A stretch of 64,000 bases of DNA, taken from a virus. The stretch lies in IMG/VR virus record IMGVR_UViG_3300007722_000005, positions 1 through 64,000 of that record. One strand, given 5' to 3'. How positions within the stretch are numbered: position 1 is the first letter of the stretch; the number at the start of each line of letters is the position of its first letter. This document shows, piece by piece, positions 29,334 through 36,871 of this stretch. Made by a program: the position numbers and the translations under genes. The notes beneath the pieces are model-generated. The model did not search any database, was not told the origin of the DNA, and was given only the letters and a program-made list of their open reading frames with translations.

Positions 29334-29777
29334 TTAAATGCTAGGGGCGCCACAATTTGTGCAACCTCCTGCCATACTCCTCTGTTCGTTTTCGCAGCAC
29401 AGGCCTTTGTAGTAACCACTCTCGTTGCCATCGTAAATAATTACGTGAGTAGTTATCCGCGCAATTGAAACCATGTGTTTAGTTCCTTTACTTTCCTTGA
29501 TGTTTGGGTGAAAGGCAACAACCAAATCTGGCTTCTCGGCCAACATCGCCTTGTTACGAATTGGACCTGCTGCATTTTTGTATTTCTTCCAATCCGCTGG
29601 AAATTTCTTGGCGGGGATTCCATTATGGTCCGCCCAGTTGCGCGACATAATGTCAACGCCGCGGCACTCCCCCTCAATCAGCAGGGTGAAGTTGTTGACT
29701 TTGTGGAGTTCGTCGAGATGCAGCTCGAGATACTCACTATCAATCCAATCTCTATCGCCACACACAAGAACTTTCAT
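29334..29777 (-). CDS. SLOG/YspA-family (DUF2493-like) protein
   Basis: VLVCGDR, IEG..RGVD, ADW..Y..AAGPIRN, SKGTKHM. Confidence 0.8.
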   Translation of the reverse strand: MKVLVCGDRDWIDSEYLELHLDELHKVNNFTLLIEGECRGVDIMSRNWADHNGIPAKKFPADWKKYKNAAGPIRNKAMLAEKPDLVVAFHPNIKESKGTKHMVSIARITTHVIIYDGNESGYYKGLCCENEQRSMAGGCTNCGAPSI

Positions 29778-29778
29778 A

Positions 29779-30040
29779 ATTTTAACCTCTCTATAGCCGG
29801 GGTTCTGTTCTATCTGCTAATTCGTCTGTGAGTTTCCTCACCCTCGTCAGGTTTCAATCTGAGTCATAGGTGCACCAACCCGATATCTCGGCGAGTCACG
29901 TCATCGATATCTGTTTGGCTTGCTGCCGCTGATGTCATCGTACAAGCGACTTTCGTCTCCGATGTAGCATTTACAGCTGCTCTTGGCAGCCCCGAACTTC
30001 CTCGACAACAAGTTGCCGCTAGCAGTCGAGAGGTTAAAAT
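29779..30040 (-). ncRNA. rnpB: RNase P RNA, compact form
   Basis: 13-bp terminal P1; P2 CTGCTAG/TTAGCAG; CR-I GAGGAAGTTCGGGGCT; CR-V ACAGAACCCCGGCTATA complementary for P4. Confidence 0.85.
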
Positions 30041-30041
30041 T

Positions 30042-30611
30042 TTAAACTCTTTTGGCGCCGTGACCGTCGATAGGTTTGAACGTTTTCTTTTTCATGATCT
30101 GTTTAACATGATCGTAACTGATTGGGCAATAGTTGTGATTATCGACACCCACATCAATAGATAATGAATTTGGATCGTCTGGTAGATTCCCGTGCGAATG
30201 GCCATATAACTGCCACGAACCGTGGTGCGATTTGTTCCACACCTTCATTGCATAGTGCATAAGAATGATAAGCTGCTGACCTTTGCTTTTTGTTTTGTCA
30301 GTAACTTTTAATTCAAAATAATCCTTGACCCACACAAAATGTTTTGCAACACACGGGTCCATTTTGCTGTCGTGATTGCCACGAACTAAGAACTTGCGGC
30401 CGTTCAATCTTTTGATGACCGCTTCGGCTTCATGGGGGCGAAGAAATGCAAAATCACCAACAAAATAAACTTCGTCATCAAATTGAACATGATCGTTGTG
30501 GTTAGTGATCAATGTCTCGTTCATATTATCAACATTCGCGAATGGCCGATTGCAAAATTTTATTATATTTGCGTGACCGTAATGTTGATCGCTTGTGAAC
30601 CATATTGTCAT
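30042..30611 (-). CDS. Calcineurin-like metallophosphoesterase
   Basis: SDQHYGH, GD, GNHD, GHSH. Confidence 0.9.
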   Translation of the reverse strand: MTIWFTSDQHYGHANIIKFCNRPFANVDNMNETLITNHNDHVQFDDEVYFVGDFAFLRPHEAEAVIKRLNGRKFLVRGNHDSKMDPCVAKHFVWVKDYFELKVTDKTKSKGQQLIILMHYAMKVWNKSHHGSWQLYGHSHGNLPDDPNSLSIDVGVDNHNYCPISYDHVKQIMKKKTFKPIDGHGAKRV

Positions 30612-30659
30612 TTTTTTTATTCCCTAGCACGTTTGGTTATTTTCCTTGCTTTTACAATG

Positions 30660-30754
30660 TGGTGCCCCCGCCCGGATTCGAACCGAGATCATGCGCCAAT
30701 CTAGCGCCAATGCCGAGGTATAAGCTCGGAGTTTTACCGTTAAACTACAGGGGT
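30660..30754 (-). tRNA. tRNA-Ile(UAU) with long extra arm
   Basis: CCGAG CT TAT AC CTCGG; T-loop TTCGAAT; encoded CCA. Confidence 0.8.
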
Positions 30755-30756
30755 TT

Positions 30757-30831
30757 TGGAGCTCCAGGACAGAGTTGAACTGTCTTTCGCACTTTACCAA
30801 AGTGCAGTAATAACCATTATACTACAGGAGC
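30757..30831 (-). tRNA. tRNA-Thr(GGU)
   Basis: Cloverleaf, CCA. Confidence 0.85.
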
Positions 30832-30908
30832 GTTAATAAGTCCAGCCTAAAACTTTCATCAATTTCGTTTTGACTCTAATGCTGGTGCGTTAATTATCCA
30901 CATAATTT

Positions 30909-30981
30909 TGGCACCCCATGAAGGAATTCAACCTCCGCAATCAAGGGTAGAAACCTCGACGCCGACATCATCGGATGGGGC
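30909..30981 (-). tRNA. Atypical tRNA-Arg(UCU), mini D-arm
   Basis: 7-bp acceptor, CCGA TGATG TCGG D-hairpin, loop TT TCT AC, CCA. Confidence 0.65.
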
Positions 30982-31484
30982 ATTGTTAAAAGTTAAAATC
31001 CTGTTATTTGTACAGCTATAAAAAATATCCTATAGCAACTATAACGAACCACTCTGTCAGTGAAAATTGGTAACACCAACTCGGCAGCTTGAATGCAATA
31101 TATTCAAATATTTTGTCAAACATTTTAGTAGTGCCTTTCGTTTGGATGAAGTCGCCAAAATAACCGGCTCGCTTTCTCTGGCGCTTTGTGGTAAACATCA
31201 AACCAATATTCGTGCACAATGTCTAGCTTCTGGTTCTTCTGCTTGTGCCCGATCCAATAGGGGTTCGAATGGCCACGAGGGCGCCACGTTTTTTCGTGGT
31301 AATTCCTGCGTAGTTGCCTGTCGAGGAATCTATACCCCCACATATCAGACGTTCAGGTGCTTCTTGAGAGATTCGAGCTCGCGCTGTTTCCGAGCAACAT
31401 ACTTCTCATTATCAGGGTAAGCTATTTTGAAACGCTCAAGTGCACCTTTACGACGTTCCTGACGACGAATAAAACTATTCTTGA

Positions 31485-31874
31485 TCATTTTAGCTGGTCC
31501 TCCATCTCATTAAATGCTCGACTAAGTTGTACCGATGCTATCTGAACAAGTTTTGGATCCTTGAATCCAAAATTATCAGGTAGATTTAATGTTATCACGT
31601 GTTTGTCGGCAAGGTCGAATTCGCTCGAAGTTTCCTCGAAATTCTCTTTGTTGACAAACACAACAGCATCGGACCAATGAATCAGAACGTCGTCAGCGTG
31701 GATCAACGCAAATGTTTTTGTTGACCCTGCTGCACGTGTGTTGAAGTTGAATGGATCGTTTGATAGAATCCAAGCGACGGTCGGGGAGCGTAGCAGTCCA
31801 GCTGAGCACACACAAAGAACCTTTAACGAAGTTCCTTGGTGAGAATTAGTAGAATTGTGTTTTCTGTTATTGAT
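31485..31874 (-). CDS. LMW protein-tyrosine-phosphatase-like protein (probable AUC start)
   Basis: VLCVCSAGLLRSPT CX5R loop; SD AAGGAG followed by ATC. Confidence 0.75.
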   Translation of the reverse strand: MNNRKHNSTNSHQGTSLKVLCVCSAGLLRSPTVAWILSNDPFNFNTRAAGSTKTFALIHADDVLIHWSDAVVFVNKENFEETSSEFDLADKHVITLNLPDNFGFKDPKLVQIASVQLSRAFNEMEDQLK

Positions 31875-31968
31875 GATGAACTCCTTTTTGATGAAGGTTT
31901 CGTAACTGTTTGAATATGACTATTATACGTTTTTTTTACAAAAGGTCAACAATTTTAAATTTCAAAAG

Positions 31969-32043
31969 TGGAGCAGGTGGCGGGGATCGAACCCGCGACA
32001 TTCACGTTGGCAACGTGGCATTCTTCCGCTGAACTACACCTGC
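31969..32043 (-). tRNA. tRNA-Gly(GCC)
   Basis: Cloverleaf, U73, CCA. Confidence 0.9.
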
Positions 32044-32077
32044 GTTATTACATTTCTTCGTGTGTGCTTACGCTTGT

Positions 32078-32155
32078 TGGTACCCCCGGTCGGATTCGAA
32101 CCGACACTGTGCAGGTTTTGAATCTGCTGCCTCCTACCAATTGCGCTACGGGGGC
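32078..32155 (-). tRNA. tRNA-Leu(CAA), short variable loop
   Basis: Cloverleaf, CCA. Confidence 0.85.
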
Positions 32156-32167
32156 ATAGTTTTTGAT

Positions 32168-32238
32168 TGGTACCCTGAGTGAGATTCGAACTCACAAAAG
32201 CTGGTTTAGGAAACCTGCTCCCGTCCATTGGTCAGGAT
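32168..32238 (-). tRNA. Atypical tRNA-Arg(CCU), reduced D-arm
   Basis: Loop TT CCT AA; normal T-arm; CCA. Confidence 0.65.
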
Positions 32239-32239
32239 G

Positions 32240-32632
32240 TTATGTATGTATTATTGCTGAGGCGATATACTTCTGTATCTTAGCAGGTACGTTATGTGCT
32301 TTATTCATTACATCGGTCATTGTGAACTCGCTCGTGATTCCTTCTCGTGCGAAACTATATAGCGTTCCACCTGGGTGCTCAGTAGCGAGTATCTTCAACA
32401 TACCGGCATCAGTAGCTGGAGCGTTGACTGCTGTTTTCTTGATCTTTACCGCCTGTGCAATGCCCATTGTATCTCGGAGCATAGACATCACCTCAGAGGG
32501 ATCAGCATTGCGCATTACAGACAACACTTTACCGACGAGGACGTTGATGGCCTTATCTTTTCCAGACTTTACTTGCTCAACGGTCTTTTGATTGTCTGCA
32601 ATGACTTGGGTAATTAGTTCTTCTATTTTCAT
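32240..32632 (-). CDS. Protein with GatB/YqeY C-terminal-like segment
   Basis: VEQVKSGKDKAINVLVGKVL...ADPSEV. Confidence 0.55.
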   Translation of the reverse strand: MKIEELITQVIADNQKTVEQVKSGKDKAINVLVGKVLSVMRNADPSEVMSMLRDTMGIAQAVKIKKTAVNAPATDAGMLKILATEHPGGTLYSFAREGITSEFTMTDVMNKAHNVPAKIQKYIASAIIHT

Positions 32633-32640
32633 ATGAATTT

Positions 32641-32730
32641 TGGCGGAGAGTAGAGTAGTCGAAACCCATTCCATTCCTGGAACCAACTGTTTTCGAGGCA
32701 GTGTCGTCAATCCCTGACAATTTACTCTCC
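32641..32730 (-). tRNA. (8/4) tRNA-Ser(CGA)
   Basis: 8-bp acceptor GGAGAGTA/TACTCTCC, 4-bp T-stem, long variable arm. Confidence 0.8.
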
Positions 32731-32907
32731 ATTAAGTATTTTAGCGTCTTTCTCGCTGAGAGGAGTGCAACAATCTACCTTCAACTCTTCGTATGGAAGC
32801 TTTCTGAATATACGATCCCAACCTTCACGATAAGCATTGGTCGGTTGTTTCGTTTTCAGTTCGTCGCCAGTGATGTCGTTTTTTGATGTCATAATCTATT
32901 TGTGTAG

Positions 32908-32983
32908 TGGTAGTGACCGTGGGAGTCGAACCCACCTATTCTTCCTTATGAGGGAAGCACATAAGCCGCTCTGTCAGGTCACT
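32908..32983 (-). tRNA. tRNA with CAU anticodon (Met or Ile2)
   Basis: CTTCC CT CAT AA GGAAG; CCA. Confidence 0.8.
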
Positions 32984-32988
32984 GCTGT

Positions 32989-33062
32989 TGGTGGTTCCAA
33001 GAGGAATCGGACCTCTATATTCGCCATGTCAAAGCGACACTCTACCATTGAGTTATGGAACC
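32989..33062 (-). tRNA. tRNA-Val(GAC)
   Basis: Cloverleaf, CCA. Confidence 0.8.
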
Positions 33063-33069
33063 TAATTTA

Positions 33070-33145
33070 TGGGGTGATCGACGAGATTCGAACTCGCGCT
33101 ATCTGATTCACAATCAGAGGTGCTGACCTTTACACTACGACCACC
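33070..33145 (-). tRNA. tRNA-His(GUG)
   Basis: G-1:C73, cloverleaf. Confidence 0.9.
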
Positions 33146-33151
33146 ATTGTT

Positions 33152-33224
33152 TGGTAGCGGCCGAGGGTAACGATCCCTCTCCCATCGCAGGTTATGAGCC
33201 TGGAGTCTACCACTAGAAGCCGCA
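33152..33224 (-). tRNA. Atypical tRNA-Met(CAU), mini D-arm, 1:72 mismatch
   Basis: TCTA GTGG TAGA D-hairpin; CAGG CT CAT AA CCTG; CCA. Confidence 0.65.
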
Positions 33225-33246
33225 ATAGTCTTCTTTACTTCAATTC

Positions 33247-33323
33247 TGGTGCGCGGGCAGAGAATCGAACTCTGCAAATCCCACTTGTAAGGAGGGTGGT
33301 GTCACCAGCTACGCTCCCCGCGC
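33247..33323 (-). tRNA. tRNA-Val(UAC)
   Basis: Loop CT TAC AA; CCA. Confidence 0.75.
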
Positions 33324-33379
33324 TTTGCGTGAAGTTATAAGGTTGTCAAGCCAACCTTCTCAAATCATGAGATGAAAAT

Positions 33380-33456
33380 TGGTCGGAGTACAAGGATTCG
33401 AACCTTGGACCCTCTGCTCCCAAAGCAGATGCGCTGCCAGACTGCGCTACACTCCG
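33380..33456 (-). tRNA. tRNA-Pro(UGG)
   Basis: Canonical cloverleaf. Confidence 0.92.
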
Positions 33457-33461
33457 AAACT

Positions 33462-33535
33462 TGGTGCCCCTTGACGGAATCGAACCGCCGTAAGCTGCTT
33501 ACAAAACAGCCGTAATACCATTATACTAAAGGGGC
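33462..33535 (-). tRNA. tRNA-Thr(UGU)
   Basis: Canonical cloverleaf. Confidence 0.9.
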
Positions 33536-33555
33536 AAATTATATTAATTACTTTT

Positions 33556-33590
33556 CTAAGTCAACTACTCGACCGCTGAGCTATCGAGTA
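33556..33590 (-). pseudogene. Remnant 5' half of a tRNA
   Basis: TAGCTCAGCGGTCGAGTA D-arm plus GTTGACT, no 3' half. Confidence 0.45.
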
Positions 33591-33607
33591 ATAATTCTAT
33601 TTATAGT

Positions 33608-33804
33608 CTACGTTTCTTCCATTCCTGACGCTCCAGAGAGGCTTACACAATTTGGATCCTCTGCAATTACCGCAACAAACCGCATGTGGATGCTTCGCAA
33701 CGTTGCTGCAATCGAAAGAGCGTCGCTCAAATCGCTGGCAACGTGGCCTTGTGTTACACTATCAAGCGTTGTCCAATATACTTTATATTCAGCTTTGTTC
33801 ATAT
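33608..33804 (-). CDS. Hypothetical protein (start probably MNKAEY)
   Basis: KVYWT...FVAVIAEDPNCV. Confidence 0.5.
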
Positions 33805-34045
33805 GTTTTACTTGTGACACTATCGTTTAAGCCCGCTCAGGCCCGCACCCTCGAGGTATGTTGACCATATTTGCAAGACTCCTATGTAGCTTTCATAGGC
33901 GTAACGCCACAAGTAAAACATTCGGCTCAGTACACCGAGAGGTATGATGAGTATCCTTTATGGTGTAGGGGACGTCCAGGCACATCACCGCGGTACACCA
34001 TTTCATCTTCTTTTGTTGCACTAAGGCGAAGAATCTTCAGAAGGT
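33803..34045 (-). ncRNA. Candidate structured RNA
   Basis: 20-bp helix 33803-33822/33902-33921 with G-U pairs; further hairpins; own promoter upstream. Confidence 0.5.
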
Positions 34046-34119
34046 AACCTTTTCAACAATGTCTATTATACTACCATTTAAAGAATAGTCAACACTTTTC
34101 TTTTTATTGTTAATTCGGC
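34046..34119. repeat. 74-bp direct repeat (copy 1) containing minus-strand promoter TTGACT-16-TATAAT
   Basis: Copy 2 at 35548-35621, one mismatch. Confidence 0.9.
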
Positions 34120-34710
34120 TGTGTACTTCTCTTTAATTCTGTGAAGCTGTCCCGTTGCCCACTCCAAATTCCTGATGTATTGGTGTTGTTCAGAAGTTTG
34201 TTGAACACCAACAACGGTGTTTAACCGTCGGTCAAAAAACTCTTCTGGCATGTTGTCGTGTGTTATTATAGTTCCTCTTGTAGGGAAGAATTGAACATAT
34301 CTGCGCATGAATTCATTCCACTGTTCAATATGTTCAACAGGAGCTGTAAAATTAAATAGTTGAATTTCTGTTGATATCCTGAAACCAAACTGTTTTGCAA
34401 GAAGGAAGCTGAGTCCTGCTTGAACCATATCTTTTTCGACAACGAAAATTTCGTGCCGTGTTGTTTTCATCACCTTTTTGTACCACGCAATTGATTGTGG
34501 GAATCGGCAAAGATGATGGCCATGCAACTTTATAACAGTGTTTCCATTGTTCAAGCGATGAAGTAACCAATATTTTCGAAATACTGATGCAAAATTATCA
34601 TCGTAACGAGGTGCAAACGGCTCATAAATTTTGTTTTGTCGTTTGCACGAATGAAAAATAGCGCTACCATCTGTGCGGCGGTGGCTGTAAATTATTACTG
34701 GGTTTTTCAT
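34078..34710 (-). CDS. Sulfotransferase/P-loop-like hypothetical protein under a late promoter
   Basis: SHRRTDGSA...YEPF; TATAAATA at about 34734-34741. Confidence 0.5.
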   Translation of the reverse strand: MKNPVIIYSHRRTDGSAIFHSCKRQNKIYEPFAPRYDDNFASVFRKYWLLHRLNNGNTVIKLHGHHLCRFPQSIAWYKKVMKTTRHEIFVVEKDMVQAGLSFLLAKQFGFRISTEIQLFNFTAPVEHIEQWNEFMRRYVQFFPTRGTIITHDNMPEEFFDRRLNTVVGVQQTSEQHQYIRNLEWATGQLHRIKEKYTAELTIKRKVLTIL

Positions 34711-34742
34711 AACACATCCTTTTTGAGATGTATTATTTATAA

Positions 34743-34819
34743 TGGTGCGAGTCATGGGAGTCGAACCCACACTGACCAGGTTTTAAATCTGGCGCCTCTT
34801 CCAATTGGGCTACACTCGC
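34743..34819 (-). tRNA. tRNA-Leu(UAA), short variable loop
   Basis: Cloverleaf, CCA. Confidence 0.85.
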
Positions 34820-34825
34820 GAAACT

Positions 34826-34900
34826 TGGAGCCCTGTGACAGATTCGAGCTGTCCTCTGAACTTTACGAAAGTTCTGTGTCGCCGTCTACACTTACGGGGC
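34826..34900 (-). tRNA. tRNA-Thr(CGU)
   Basis: Cloverleaf, CCA. Confidence 0.8.
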
Positions 34901-34906
34901 AAAACT

Positions 34907-34982
34907 TGGTGCGTCCCACAGGAATCGAACCTGTTTCAATGGCTCTTCAAACCACCGCTATGACCACATCAGCTAGAGACGC
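34907..34982 (-). tRNA. tRNA-Phe(GAA)
   Basis: Cloverleaf, CCA. Confidence 0.85.
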
Positions 34983-35018
34983 AAATATCTCCGTTACACT
35001 ATTTGTAGCTATTAAATT

Positions 35019-35092
35019 TGGAGACTCGAGACAGAGTTGAACTGTCATCTTCGGGTTTGCAATCCGAGGCACGGCCGTTATACCACCGAGTC
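35019..35092 (-). tRNA. tRNA-Cys(GCA)
   Basis: Cloverleaf, U73, CCA. Confidence 0.85.
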
Positions 35093-35098
35093 ATTGTT

Positions 35099-35175
35099 TG
35101 GTGCGCGAGGTGGGACTCGAACCCACAGAACCTACCCTCTCAAGATAGTATGTTTACCAATTTCATCACAAGCGC
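35099..35175 (-). tRNA. tRNA-Leu(GAG), short variable loop
   Basis: Cloverleaf, CCA. Confidence 0.85.
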
Positions 35176-35184
35176 GTTGTTAGT

Positions 35185-35264
35185 TGGTGGAGTGAAAGAG
35201 AGTCGAACTCTAAGGCTACTAGTATGAGCGACCGCAAGGTCGCCGCCGCGATCCGAACCACCCC
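35185..35264 (-). ncRNA. Ala-identity tRNA-like RNA resembling an isolated tmRNA tRNA-like domain
   Basis: G3:U70, A73, CCA, T-loop TTCGACT, stemless D region TTCGGATC. Confidence 0.55.
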
Positions 35265-35269
35265 GTATT

Positions 35270-35342
35270 TGGTACCCCATGAAGGAATTTAACCCTCGCA
35301 ACTGAGCTTCGAAGGCTCTGCGCCGACATCATCGGATGGGAT
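35270..35342 (-). tRNA. Atypical tRNA-Arg(UCG), mini D-arm
   Basis: Same CCGATGATGTCGG hairpin as 30909; loop CT TCG AA. Confidence 0.65.
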
Positions 35343-35345
35343 ATT

Positions 35346-35417
35346 TGGCAACGGTGCACGGAGTCAAACCGTGTTGTATTTCCTTCAGAGGGAAAACCAG
35401 CTTCAAGCTTCACCGCA
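35346..35417 (-). tRNA. Atypical tRNA-Gln(CUG), mini D-arm
   Basis: AGCT TGA AGCT hairpin; TTTCC CT CTG AA GGAAA; CCA. Confidence 0.65.
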
Positions 35418-35425
35418 ATTGTTCT

Positions 35426-35502
35426 TGGTGCCCTAGAGGGGACTCGAACCCCTAAAATCTACATTCTAAGTGTAGCACGTATGCCAATTCCGTCACCAGG
35501 GC
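35426..35502 (-). tRNA. tRNA-Leu(UAG), short variable loop
   Basis: Cloverleaf, CCA. Confidence 0.85.
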
Positions 35503-35547
35503 AATATTATTTAGATGTTATTAGTGTTGGTGTTTCCACGTTCACTC

Positions 35548-35621
35548 AACCTTTTCAACAATGTCTATTGTACTACCATTTAAAGAATAGTCAACACTTT
35601 TCTTTTTATTGTTAATTCGGC
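35548..35621. repeat. 74-bp direct repeat (copy 2), internal array promoter
   Basis: Matches 34046-34119. Confidence 0.9.
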
Positions 35622-35642
35622 CTTGCGGCTCTCGCGTTGTAC

Positions 35643-35719
35643 TGGTGGGGGTAGAGGGATTCGAACCCACAATGACCCAGATTCAAAGTCTGGTACGCTT
35701 CCAGTCGCGTGTTACCCCT
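35643..35719 (-). tRNA. tRNA-Gln(UUG)
   Basis: CCAGA CT TTG AA TCTGG; CCA. Confidence 0.8.
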
Positions 35720-35725
35720 ATTGTT

Positions 35726-35799
35726 TGGTACTCCGGGAAGGAATCAAACCTTCGTGGGCCCCTTATCAAGAGGCTATCTTATCATTAGATGACCGGAGC
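35726..35799 (-). tRNA. tRNA-Ile(GAU)
   Basis: Cloverleaf, CCA. Confidence 0.8.
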
Positions 35800-35805
35800 A
35801 TATTT

Positions 35806-35895
35806 TGGCGGAAAGCAGAGCGATCGAAGCCCAAACCCTTTCAGGTTCCAACCGATTAGCAATCGGCGCCGCACTCCATGCGCAATTTACTTTCC
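35806..35895 (-). tRNA. (8/4) tRNA-Ser(GCU)
   Basis: 8-bp acceptor, 4-bp T-stem, long variable arm. Confidence 0.8.
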
Positions 35896-35900
35896 AAATA

Positions 35901-35976
35901 TGGTCTTTCAGGTGAGACTCGAACTCACGAAATCTTCGCCCCAAACGAAGTGGTATAGCCGCTAACCGACTGAAAG
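35901..35976 (-). tRNA. tRNA-Pro(UGG), second copy
   Basis: CTTCG TT TGG GG CGAAG; CCA. Confidence 0.8.
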
Positions 35977-35984
35977 ATATTCAT

Positions 35985-36140
35985 TCCGTGTTTTCTATAG
36001 CACGGAGTATAACTTACCGGAGCCCATATAACCGTCATCAAGTGACTCGGTCTTATGAACTCCGACGTAGATTTTATTATTCACGAGTTAGTGATTTGAT
36101 AGAGGCAATATTTCATGCCTCTATCGATAATAGATCTACT
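35985..36140 (-). ncRNA. Candidate three-domain structured RNA
   Basis: Helices GTAGATCTATTAT/ATAATAAAATCTAC, GATAGAGGCA/TGCCTCTATC, GGAGTTCATA/TATGGGCTCC, TCCGTG/CACGGA. Confidence 0.5.
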
Positions 36141-36145
36141 ATGTG

Positions 36146-36217
36146 CTCCATCTCCTGGGATCGAACCAGGGACCTAGCGATTAACAGTCGCTTGCACTAC
36201 CGCTGTGCTAAGATGGA
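36146..36217 (-). tRNA. tRNA-Asn(GUU), CCA not encoded
   Basis: Canonical cloverleaf ending G73-CAC. Confidence 0.85.
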
Positions 36218-36223
36218 ATAACT

Positions 36224-36318
36224 TGGCTCCGCAGAGAGGCTTCGAACCTCTATATTGCGCCTTTCGGCCTTTACGTCTCATTAACAGTGAGGTCTCTTAC
36301 CAATTAGAGTACCGCGGA
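36224..36318 (-). tRNA. tRNA-Asn(GUU) with long extra arm
   Basis: Loop CT GTT AA; about 24-nt variable region with GCC GAAA GGC; CCA. Confidence 0.75.
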
Positions 36319-36369
36319 ATAAATCTTTATAATTCATATATCTCGTTGGAAATACATCAATTATAACGA

Positions 36370-36448
36370 TGGTGGGAGCGCCGGGATTCGAACCCGAATC
36401 TATCAGATTAAAAGTCTGTTGTGTTAAATCCGTTGACACCACACTCCC
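36370..36448 (-). tRNA. tRNA-Lys(UUU)
   Basis: Cloverleaf, CCA. Confidence 0.85.
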
Positions 36449-36518
36449 ATTTGTTTACTACGTTTACCATCTTTCGATTTTCGTTTCATATCAAGATCCT
36501 TTTTTGATAAATATTAAC

Positions 36519-36677
36519 ATGCAAAAACTACAAAATTTTAAAGCCTTCTTTCAGCGCAATAAAAAGCAGGCTGAAGCCGAACCCCACACTGGCCCCGATC
36601 GTCGGAAAGGACCACGTCGCACTGTGACGAAGATTAAAACAAACTATACCGCGTGGCATGATCGCCGTGCTGCATAA
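36519..36677 (+). CDS. Small basic protein antisense to the tRNA array
   Basis: ATAAATA late-like promoter just upstream of ATG; MQKLQNFKAFF N-terminus. Confidence 0.45.
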   Translation: MQKLQNFKAFFQRNKKQAEAEPHTGPDRRKGPRRTVTKIKTNYTAWHDRRAA

Positions 36678-36680
36678 TGC

Positions 36681-36761
36681 CAAGAGTGTCCTAGGCCACT
36701 AGACGATCTCGCACACGCCAGTAGCGTGGGTCGAGTGGGATTTGAACCCACGTCTCTCTTG
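36681..36761 (-). ncRNA. Circularly permuted tRNA-like RNA (YrlA-like module) A
   Basis: Order T-arm, closed acceptor-like hairpin, D-arm; closing stem CAAGAG/CTCTTG. Confidence 0.65.
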
Positions 36762-36764
36762 TTC

Positions 36765-36840
36765 TGGCGCCGAGGACGGGGATTGAACCCGCCTGAGAAT
36801 GATCGACAGTCATCCTGTATCCCCAGATAGCTACCTCGGC
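36765..36840 (-). tRNA. tRNA-Asp(GUC), atypical D-arm
   Basis: Loop CT GTC GA; G73; CCA. Confidence 0.7.
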
Positions 36841-36871
36841 AAATATGGAGTTGCGTAAACGCAACATTGTT

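Noticed and set aside
30909-30981. Second amber suppressor (CTA within the loop)
   Set aside because: The 7-nt loop TT TCT AC centres on TCT, and its sister element at 35270 is also Arg
35185-35264. Complete tmRNA gene
   Set aside because: Only 80 nt; no tag reading frame or pseudoknots, and no second piece recognised
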